Source: Prochlorococcus marinus str. NATL2A
GTDB lineage: Bacteria; Cyanobacteriota; Cyanobacteriia; PCC-6307; Cyanobiaceae
Reading direction: 5' to 3'
Length of the DNA: 32,000 nt
Assembly: GCF_000012465.1 (NCBI RefSeq)
Contig: NC_007335.2
Span: forward strand, 660,001 to 692,000
Below, piece after piece: positions 19,583-26,898 of the stretch. Position numbers and translations under genes: made by a program. Position 1 is the first letter of the stretch, and each line of letters starts with the position of its first letter. The notes under the pieces were generated by a model, which did no database searches, was not told the DNA's origin, and was given only the letters and a program-made list of their open reading frames with translations.

Positions 19583-20053
19583 TTGACAAATAAAACACTT
19601 TATCTGGCCTCTCCATATGGCTTCTCTGAGCACTGGAGGCTGAAACTTCTACCTGACTTTGTATCTAAATTGGAGTTTATGGGGGCGAGTGTTTTGGAAC
19701 CTTTTGATCGTAATAGTCATATTGATATTTCTGCGCCTGGTTGGGCCAATAAAGTTGCTAATTCAAACTTAAACGATTTGAGGCAAGCTGATGGCTTATT
19801 CGCAATAGTTAATGGATCGCCCCCCGATGAGGGAGTAATGGTTGAGATTGGGGTCGCTATTGCTTTAGGAAAAACTACATTTTTATTTAGAGATGATTTT
19901 CGTAAATGTTCTGATTCTAATGAATACCCCCTTAACTTAATGGTCTTTCTTGGGTTGCCTTCTGATTCATGGAATGATTACTATTATTCTTCTTTGGATG
20001 ACCTAGATTGTAAAAAGAAAGCTATTTATAAATGGTTGAGAAATGAAATCTAA
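19583..20053 (+). CDS. Nucleoside 2-deoxyribosyltransferase family protein
   Basis: 156 aa ORF. It has the N-terminal LYLASPYGFS and the DEGVMVEIGVAIALGKT motif (conserved acidic residue plus GxAxAxGK), characteristic of the NDT/PF05014 fold. Confidence 0.75.
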   Translation: MTNKTLYLASPYGFSEHWRLKLLPDFVSKLEFMGASVLEPFDRNSHIDISAPGWANKVANSNLNDLRQADGLFAIVNGSPPDEGVMVEIGVAIALGKTTFLFRDDFRKCSDSNEYPLNLMVFLGLPSDSWNDYYYSSLDDLDCKKKAIYKWLRNEI

Positions 20054-20152
20054 TGTATATAATTTCAATTAATCTATATATTTAAGTCATTTCAATTCTC
20101 TTTGTTTACATGATATGATCTACTAAAAGATTCTTTTATTATTATATTTTAA

Positions 20153-20998
20153 ATGAAGGATATTTTATTTAACGTTAATGAAATACGGATAGAAATATCT
20201 TTTAAATCTTTTGATGAACTTCGTAAGATTCTATCTTTTTATCAGCGAAATAATCTTTATAAAATTAATGTACCCTGTAAAAATACTTTAAAAAAAGATT
20301 TTCTTTTAAAGTCGATTGAAATTGCAAAAGATGAGTTTCCAAGTATAGATATTATTCCTCACTTTAGTATTCTCCATGAATTTAAAAGAAACATGATTAA
20401 TACTCAGGATTCTTTAGTTAATTTTATGGAAGCTGTTATATATAATGGATGCAAGCATGTACTTCTTGTTTCTGGTTCTCAAAAAAGAGCGTCAATAGAT
20501 TCTGTTTCTGCTTTATATATGCTTAAAGACAATTCTTTGTTTTTTAATCAAGATATTTCTTTTGGCGTAGCATTTAATCCTTACCTACCTCCCTATTTGT
20601 TTGATGAAGAGATTTTAAGATTAGAAAAGAAACTTCAATCAGGTTTAGTTAGTTCTATCTGGATTCAATTTGGTACCGATTATCAACTTCTCAAAAGTAG
20701 GATTGAAATACTCTCAAGGATGATATCCGCGACTATTAATAAAAATCCTAAAATTTCAAAAATTATTTTATTTGGTAGTATTTTAATTCCTTCTAAGCAA
20801 TTTCTAGCTAGGTTTAAGTACCGACCATGGAAAGGTGTTTATTGTTCTAATGAATTTTTAGAATCAGAGGAAATGGCTCATAAAATAATTACAAATCTAT
20901 TAAAGACTTATAAACAAAATGAAATTTGCCCACTTATTGAGACAAATATTACTACAGATGAACATTTGAAAAAATTATCAAATATCTTTAATGTATAG
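20153..20998 (+). CDS. Hypothetical protein, divergent MetF/MTHFR-like TIM-barrel (tentative)
   Basis: 281 aa ORF. By-eye collinear resemblance to E. coli MetF as I remember it: IPHFSILH vs APHLTCID, NGCKHVLLVSGSQK vs NGIRHIVALRGDLP, ISFGVAFNPY vs ISVAAYPEVHP, LEKKLQSGLVSSIWIQF vs LKRKVDAGANRAITQFF, and ILFGSILIPSKQFLARF vs IIPGILPVSNFKQAKKF. Confidence 0.45.
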   Translation: MKDILFNVNEIRIEISFKSFDELRKILSFYQRNNLYKINVPCKNTLKKDFLLKSIEIAKDEFPSIDIIPHFSILHEFKRNMINTQDSLVNFMEAVIYNGCKHVLLVSGSQKRASIDSVSALYMLKDNSLFFNQDISFGVAFNPYLPPYLFDEEILRLEKKLQSGLVSSIWIQFGTDYQLLKSRIEILSRMISATINKNPKISKIILFGSILIPSKQFLARFKYRPWKGVYCSNEFLESEEMAHKIITNLLKTYKQNEICPLIETNITTDEHLKKLSNIFNV

Positions 20999-21279
20999 AT
21001 TAAATATTAATTACTCTTAAATTAAATGTATCTGAAATAGCTTAAATTTAAAAAATTATACCTAAGTTCTAGTTAGAACTTCATGAATATGTTTTGTCTA
21101 AAATAGTTTTTAAATTAAAATTTTGCATAGAATTTTTGATGTATAGCTTTTTCTTGTAAAGCCCCACACAGAACTGAAATAATGGTTTATAGGGATTCAT
21201 CTCCATTTTAATATAAAAATTTGTTTAGGTTGGGATGCAGCTTTTTCTATCCGAGCTTTGAACTTGCTAGAAGGCTGAA

Positions 21280-21468
21280 CTAACTCATTTGGTTAAGCAA
21301 GATTAGAAAAATTATTACTATAAACAAATGTAAAGCATTTATGAATTTTTGTAAATCTTCTTCTTTTCTGGCCTCCCTTCTATTCTTTTGTTGAAAGGAG
21401 TAAGGTTTTTGTGGTGGCAATCTGTTAGAAAGGTTTCTTAGCTTTTTTAAATATATATCCTTTTTCAA
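21280..21468 (-). CDS. Doubtful small ORF (basic N-terminus, C-terminal hydrophobic helix)
   Basis: 62 aa ORF with no recognisable motif. Only the ORF and a tail-anchor-like helix (LHLFIVIIFLILL) support it. Confidence 0.25.
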   Translation of the reverse strand: MKKDIYLKKLRNLSNRLPPQKPYSFQQKNRREARKEEDLQKFINALHLFIVIIFLILLNQMS

Positions 21469-21613
21469 TTTGAGCAGTCTTTAACTAAGCCCTCTTTCCC
21501 CTTGGTGTCACACCCTAGGCCGATGTTTGTAGCTTTGTGTTCGAGAGAAGACCCATCAGTTCTTCGCAGTCCATGGGAAATTCCATTAATTTAAAGTATA
21601 TGAGCCATTAAAA

Positions 21614-21817
21614 ATGTTTTCATCACGGAAAAAAACACCTCAGAAGGAGATCCTTCAAGTTAGTTCTTTCGCTGAGGATACCTTTTTGCTTAGAAGAGGT
21701 TCTGAAGCTACTAGGTACAAGCTTGCAGCCTTGATGATGTTTGTAGCAGGCTTTGGCTTACTAACTCTTGGTACTTGGGTCCTTAATGATTTTAATTTTC
21801 TAACTTTTACAAATTGA
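21614..21817 (+). CDS. Small membrane protein, hypothetical
   Basis: 67 aa ORF with one hydrophobic helix (LAALMMFVAGFGLLTLGTWVL). It is preceded by a GC-rich leader. Confidence 0.4.
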   Translation: MFSSRKKTPQKEILQVSSFAEDTFLLRRGSEATRYKLAALMMFVAGFGLLTLGTWVLNDFNFLTFTN

Positions 21818-21961
21818 GTATCTAGTTTGATTTTAAACTTGCTAATACTGATTAGAATTTTTCATTATTTTCTAGTATTTAATTACTAAAAATCCCTTAG
21901 TTTTATTACATTTTAAGATTTTATCTTTAGTGATTTAAACTCTGAATATAGCAATTATAAA

Positions 21962-22297
21962 ATGACTTACTCTTGGGATCAATATTTTTCACATTACTCA
22001 GATTGGGATGATGCACATTGCTTTAATGTAAGAATCGAACTCAAATTCGAGGATGAAATAAAACAGCTTGGCTATACTGAATACGTTAGTACTGATGATA
22101 TTTATCTAGAGAGTAAATACATCTCGAATGAGACTCTACCTATAAGTAAAACCTATAGAAAGAGCGATAATGAGATATTATTGTCTTTCGATGTTCCTTA
22201 CGATTGGTCGATTGATACTGATTGGGAGGATAAAGCTCTTGTTCTTCTTGGGCTATGCGACGTATGGGTCATAGACTCATCTGTTGAAGATAAATAA
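21962..22297 (+). CDS. Highly acidic, Trp/Asp-rich hypothetical protein
   Basis: 111 aa ORF. About a quarter of the residues are D/E, with several DW/WD dipeptides. Confidence 0.5.
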   Translation: MTYSWDQYFSHYSDWDDAHCFNVRIELKFEDEIKQLGYTEYVSTDDIYLESKYISNETLPISKTYRKSDNEILLSFDVPYDWSIDTDWEDKALVLLGLCDVWVIDSSVEDK

Positions 22298-22343
22298 ATT
22301 ATTAATCCATATTTTTTAAACTACAGAATATTTTTAATTACAT

Positions 22344-22610
22344 TTATGAGTAAAAAATAAGTGCAAGACCTTTTTGGGTTAGGTAAAACTCTTTCTCTTC
22401 TCGACTTAAATCCATTGATAATTCCTCACCTTCTTTAATTGCTTGCTCATAAGGCGGTTTTGATGGGGAATTACCTTTATAAATTGCTGCAATTCCTAAT
22501 GGAGTCGCGTTCCATGCGAAATTAGCTGTTTCTCCAATGAGAGGCTCATCCAAAGCTTCTTCAAGAAGATTTGATGAGTTTGATTTTGGTCGAATTGTTG
22601 TTGATGTCAT
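22344..22610 (-). CDS. Hypothetical protein
   Basis: 88 aa ORF, convergent with the 21962..22297 gene. No motif recognised. Confidence 0.45.
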   Translation of the reverse strand: MTSTTIRPKSNSSNLLEEALDEPLIGETANFAWNATPLGIAAIYKGNSPSKPPYEQAIKEGEELSMDLSREEKEFYLTQKGLALIFYS

Positions 22611-22803
22611 GCTTATATTTAAGATTTCTTATAAAAAAAACTTGTTTAGTTATCCTTAGAAGAACGTATACACTCACTTTCTAGTGCATTTGATTGTTTT
22701 ATGCGTCATTTTTGTTGATCTCTGCATCCTTTAGAATCCCTAGCTTTTTTATAATTTCTTTGAGATAGATAGATTTTATATAACCATTTAAAATAAATTC
22801 TTA

Positions 22804-23199
22804 TTATTTATCTTGTATCATTTTTTGAAACAGGAGAAATTTTTTAAACTGCTCAAATAACTCTTTGTTGAAATTTTCTTTGGATTTAGATAAAATATAA
22901 TCTGAAGTATAGCTGTACTTTTTTGTGTTGTAAGTTATACCTTTATCTGAGATCAATTCATCAAGATCGTTATAGTTGAAGGATGGGTTATCTATATTAT
23001 TTACTTTGTAATAAAGGTTATTTTCAATTTGATCATTAGAATTTTTAAGATCGAAGCCAATTCTCGCCATCAATGCTTCTTCTACTAATATCCCTACCAC
23101 TTTTGATTGGCTTAGCTTTTCTTTATTGGCAATTTTGGATATCGTCTTTTGAGCATTAATTGATGGAAGATAGCCAATCCTTTTTCTTATGGAGGGCAT
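22804..23199 (-). CDS. Hypothetical protein with an N-terminal ribbon-helix-helix-like segment
   Basis: 131 aa ORF. The N-terminus MPSIRKRIGYLPSINAQKTISKIANKEKLSQSKVVGILVEEAL has the beta-strand, helix, helix layout of CopG/Arc-type RHH domains. Confidence 0.5.
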   Translation of the reverse strand: MPSIRKRIGYLPSINAQKTISKIANKEKLSQSKVVGILVEEALMARIGFDLKNSNDQIENNLYYKVNNIDNPSFNYNDLDELISDKGITYNTKKYSYTSDYILSKSKENFNKELFEQFKKFLLFQKMIQDK

Positions 23200-23282
23200 A
23201 CATATATATCTAGATGAAATTTAATTTACTTTACCTTTTGGTTGAATTTCAAATATTTTATGTATTTCTTGACCTCATAAGT

Positions 23283-23459
23283 TTAAAAAATCCAATCAGC
23301 AAGCATTATTTTTGCTTTCTCCATCTCATTATTAGCCTTATGCTCATTTATTTTTTTTAGAGCTGAATATGCCATTTCTCCTTGTTCCCAAAAACGAATA
23401 TGATTTATAGGGCTTAGAAGATTATATTCACTTCCAGAATTTGTATTTTTATTAGGCAT
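23283..23459 (-). CDS. Candidate 58-aa mini-protein upstream of the RHH-like gene
   Basis: Own translation: MPNKNTNSGSEYNLLSPINHIRFWEQGEMAYSALKKINEHKANNEMEKAKIMLADWIF. Confidence 0.3.
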   Translation of the reverse strand: MPNKNTNSGSEYNLLSPINHIRFWEQGEMAYSALKKINEHKANNEMEKAKIMLADWIF

Positions 23460-23623
23460 TAGTTTATCAATAAAGAGTTATTTCTTAAATTGAATTAAAT
23501 TATTTTCTCCAATTCCAGAATAGACTATTGACTCACCTTTCTATTAAAAACTAAAAATATAGTAAATATATTCTCTAGGGATTTACTACTAACTATAGCT
23601 ATATTAATAAGATTCTAGATATA

Positions 23624-23848
23624 TTATTTGATTGAGTGTTTCTTGTCTTCGGAAAATTCTGGTTTCTCTTTCTTTTTTCTTCTGCCGTCTGAAAGTTCTA
23701 ATAGAGTTGAAAGTTGTTCATAAACTGATCTGAGTGATGATAACTCAGGAAGTAAACCATCGTTCCTGAGGTCTTCATCCATATATCTAAGCTCTTGTCT
23801 TACATAGGAGAGAATTGATTTTGCTTCATCTCTTTTTGGGCCAGCCAT
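23624..23848 (-). CDS. Small helical protein, paralog A of an uncharacterised family
   Basis: 74 aa ORF. It is 35/67 identical, without gaps, to the 26899..27102 product (my own count). Shared motifs are Y(V/I)RQELR, GLLPELS, VY, and KKKxKPEF. Confidence 0.65.
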   Translation of the reverse strand: MAGPKRDEAKSILSYVRQELRYMDEDLRNDGLLPELSSLRSVYEQLSTLLELSDGRRKKKEKPEFSEDKKHSIK

Positions 23849-23995
23849 ATTTTTTAAAATTTTTTGAAAAGATACAACAAAAATGAACTGAATTAAGATT
23901 TCAACTGCGTATCAAGACAATGTGTCTCTACTCAATATCTTTTATCTTTTATCAATAATCTTTTTTGAGTTTTAAGATTTAGTTTTGATTCAATA

Positions 23996-24036
23996 AATAA
24001 AAGTAATAAATAAATTATTTATTTATTACTTTTATT
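23996..24036. promoter_or_regulatory. Perfect 41-bp palindrome 31 nt upstream of the flavoprotein start codon
   Basis: AATAAAAGTAATAAATAAAT-T-ATTTATTTATTACTTTTATT. The 20-bp arms were checked base by base around a centre at 24016. Confidence 0.6.
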
Positions 24037-24067
24037 AAAATTTAAATTATTAGAAGTTTATTCTTTT

Positions 24068-25285
24068 ATGATCTCAGATCTTGTCATTATTGGAGGTGGT
24101 GCCTCTGGCTTTATGGGAGCAATCACCGCGATTACTAATGGACTTAGATCAGTTGTGATTCTAGAAGGCACCTCAAAAGTACTTGAAAAAGTTAGAATTA
24201 GTGGTGGTGGCAGATGTAATTTAACCAACTCATGTTTTGAGATTTCTGATTTAGTAAATAATTATCCAAGAGGAGAAAAGCAACTATTAGGATTGTTTAA
24301 TCGATTTTCTACAACTGAAGCTTTTGATTGGTTTCAGGAGAAAGGACTTAGTCTTAAAGTAGAGAAAGATGGCAGAGTATTTCCTTGCTCTGATTCTTCT
24401 GAAGAAGTTATAAGTTGTTTGACTAATGTTGCGAAAAACTCAGGTGTAAAGGTATTAACTAATTCTTATGTAAAGCAAATAAGCAAAATAGAAGGTGGCT
24501 TTAACTTATTAGTCAAAGGGGACAATTCCTTTAAAGCCAAGAATATTTTAATTTGTACTGGTGGTCATCCTAGTGGACGTAGATTAGCAATGAGTCTAGG
24601 GCACTCTATTATTCATCCTGTTCCCTCTCTTTTTTCTTTTTCTACTGTAGATAGCTCATTAAGAGATTGCTCAGGTATTACTTTAGATGTTCAAGTCAAA
24701 CTCAATGTTAACAACAAAAAATATTCTGGAAAAGGTCCTATCTTGATAACTCATAAAGGCTTTAGCGGCCCAGTCATACTTAGACTATCTGCATTTAGTG
24801 CTAGAAATCTATACGATAATAAATACAAAGCTGAATTAAGAATAAATTGGCTTTGTATGAATGAGAATGAAGCTAGATTGAAAATTGATTTATATAAATT
24901 AGAAAATGGTAAGAAATTAATCTTCAATTATAAACCTTTCCATAAACTTCCACGAAGCTTATGGAAATCTTTTCTCTTAAGCTTAAATATTGACTCACAA
25001 TTGAAATGGGCTGAGCTATCTAAATCCAAAAAAGAGTCTTTAATCAAATATTTAATAATGAAAACCTATCTTATAAAGGGTCGTGGTCCTTTTGGTGAGG
25101 AATTTGTAACTGCAGGAGGAGTATCACTTAAGGAAATTAATTTTAAAACTATGGAAAGTAAGATAACTAAGGGGTTATTCTTCGCTGGAGAAGTATTAGA
25201 TATTGATGGTGTTACTGGTGGTTTTAATTTCCAACATTGTTGGACAAGTGGCTGGGTAGCAGGAAAATCAATAGTTATTAAGTAG
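24068..25285 (+). CDS. HI0933/BaiN-family NAD(FAD)-utilising flavoprotein
   Basis: 405 aa ORF with the N-terminal dinucleotide fold DLVIIGGGASGFMGA, the family motif RISGGGRCNLTN, and the C-terminal FAGEVLDIDGVTGGFNFQ. Confidence 0.85.
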   Translation: MISDLVIIGGGASGFMGAITAITNGLRSVVILEGTSKVLEKVRISGGGRCNLTNSCFEISDLVNNYPRGEKQLLGLFNRFSTTEAFDWFQEKGLSLKVEKDGRVFPCSDSSEEVISCLTNVAKNSGVKVLTNSYVKQISKIEGGFNLLVKGDNSFKAKNILICTGGHPSGRRLAMSLGHSIIHPVPSLFSFSTVDSSLRDCSGITLDVQVKLNVNNKKYSGKGPILITHKGFSGPVILRLSAFSARNLYDNKYKAELRINWLCMNENEARLKIDLYKLENGKKLIFNYKPFHKLPRSLWKSFLLSLNIDSQLKWAELSKSKKESLIKYLIMKTYLIKGRGPFGEEFVTAGGVSLKEINFKTMESKITKGLFFAGEVLDIDGVTGGFNFQHCWTSGWVAGKSIVIK

Positions 25286-25361
25286 TCATAACTTGAAGCA
25301 ATATTTACAAATTTTTAATATTGAATAGCTTAAAAAAAATTAAATATGTGTAAATTTAATT

Positions 25362-25445
25362 TTACCCAAGTGAAGCGATTAGTGCTGGTATCGCAACTGC
25401 TATTAGACCGATAGCAGCTGTCGCAGTAAGTAGTGAAGTGCTCAC
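25362..25445 (-). other. GC-rich patch: either a 27-aa hydrophobic peptide (GTG start) or a small structured RNA
   Basis: The minus-strand reading is (V/M)STSLLTATAAIGLIAVAIPALIASLG, then a stop. The same DNA forms the hairpins GCGAT...ATCGC (25375-25394) and CTGCTAT-TAGACCG-ATAGCAG (25397-25417). Confidence 0.25.
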
Positions 25446-25629
25446 AGCATTTTGATGTTTATTAAATAGTACAGGCTAGGTTTGGTTGTTATTGTCGGTA
25501 TTAATACAATTCAAAATAACTTTTGTACGCTCCTTTTGTTGGCTAGAGCGGATGATTTACTAATGGCCCCCAATTTTGATAATTGTATTTCATATAAACT
25601 TCAGCTTTCTTTCTTTTACGAAACCCACT

Positions 25630-25687
25630 AAAAAGACAAGCTTATCACGATAAGTAATATTACTTATCGTGATAAGCTTGTCTTTTT
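25630..25687. repeat. Perfect 58-bp palindrome (29-bp arms); possible bidirectional intrinsic terminator or operator
   Basis: AAAAAGACAAGCTTATCACGATAAGTAAT|ATTACTTATCGTGATAAGCTTGTCTTTTT, verified as an exact reverse complement. Each arm holds a nested palindrome CTTATC-NN-GATAAG. The outer ends are A5 and T5. Confidence 0.7.
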
Positions 25688-25745
25688 GTTTCCACGCTTG
25701 ATGCACTTACATATCTAAAGTTCAGTTCAATTGTTCTAGGTTAAA

Positions 25746-26303
25746 TTGCTTAATTCAATCTTCTATAAATCCGTATTCAAGGACTTTGCTTTTCTGATTT
25801 TGAGAGTATTTACAGGAGCACTATTAATTCACCATGGATTTGAAAAGTTAAATGACATCAACAATTTTGCTGATGCTTTTGTACGTCCTCTTCACTTACC
25901 ATTTCCAGTCACCCTCTCTTACATTGCCGCAGGATCTGAGATTGGTGGTAGTTGGTTATTGATACTTGGTCTAGGTACAAGACTAGGAGCATCAGCAATT
26001 CTAGGTACTATGAGTGTTGCCATTTATCACGCAATCGTTACTTCAGGTTTCAACATCTATTTATTGGAACTCTTAGCCCTTTATTTTAGTTCTGCGTTTT
26101 CAATTATTTTGTTGGGACCAGGTATGTTCTCCGCTGACTACCTCATTAATGAAATTCTTAAATCCAATCCTGATTTTATTTTTTCAATTTTTACTCAACA
26201 ACTATCAAGTAAAACCGAATCAATTTCAAAAAAAGAATTACCTAAATCTATAAAACAAAAGAGATCATTTGATTTTCCTTTTACTAACTTCTTATCTTCT
26301 TGA
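25746..26303 (+). CDS. DoxX-family membrane protein
   Basis: 185 aa ORF with a TTG start. FAFLILRVFTGALLIHHGFEKL plus three further hydrophobic helices is typical of DoxX. Confidence 0.7.
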   Translation: MLNSIFYKSVFKDFAFLILRVFTGALLIHHGFEKLNDINNFADAFVRPLHLPFPVTLSYIAAGSEIGGSWLLILGLGTRLGASAILGTMSVAIYHAIVTSGFNIYLLELLALYFSSAFSIILLGPGMFSADYLINEILKSNPDFIFSIFTQQLSSKTESISKKELPKSIKQKRSFDFPFTNFLSS

Positions 26304-26314
26304 CCAAATTAGAT

Positions 26315-26629
26315 TTATTTTTTATCGGTATCTTTTTTCTTCATTGATAAGTAAAACCACATCCATGTAGGTAAAGTAATAAAAAAACCAATTAGTATAA
26401 TATAACTTTTTGTTGTGTCCCAAGCCGCTTTATCACAATCTTCTTTTATTTTAATTGGAGGACTTACTTTACTGCTTAAGTCCCTGCAAATATTTAATCC
26501 ATGAATACTAAGCGTTCCATATGTTATTGCTGTTGGAACCGTAGCAAGTGATATTGCGAGTATTAAATTGCCCAACCTCAGGTTGAGGTCTTTTCTTTTT
26601 TGTTGATCCATACATATATTTTCATCCAA
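26315..26629 (-). CDS. Small membrane protein, hypothetical
   Basis: 104 aa ORF with two hydrophobic helices and paired cysteines in the loop. It is convergent with the DoxX gene. Confidence 0.45.
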   Translation of the reverse strand: MDENICMDQQKRKDLNLRLGNLILAISLATVPTAITYGTLSIHGLNICRDLSSKVSPPIKIKEDCDKAAWDTTKSYIILIGFFITLPTWMWFYLSMKKKDTDKK

Positions 26630-26898
26630 ATCTTTGATATGGCACTGTATGTTTCTTATTTTTTTACAAATCAGTAAGCTTTTTAAAAAATAGGACCTAA
26701 ATTTCTAGCTCTGTATTTTCAAAAGTCAAAATCTATCTACTTTTCTTGTAATTATTAGTTTTATATCTTTTTTTGTGATTAACTTGCTTTAAAGTTTGGT
26801 GATAACTTGTGGGTTTATAAATTTTGTAAATTTGTAGATGCTTTATATACTAATCTTAGGCTAAAGTTAATTCCTTGTAGTAATTAATCTATTTTATA

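Noticed and set aside
14931-25665. Recurrence of the AAGTAAT heptamer in the ORF-free stretch (about 14933, 15051, 15603) and in the arms of both long palindromes
   Set aside because: From my own rough base-composition estimate, an A/T-rich 7-mer is expected more than ten times by chance in 32 kb counting both strands. The recurrence alone is not evidence of a shared binding site.
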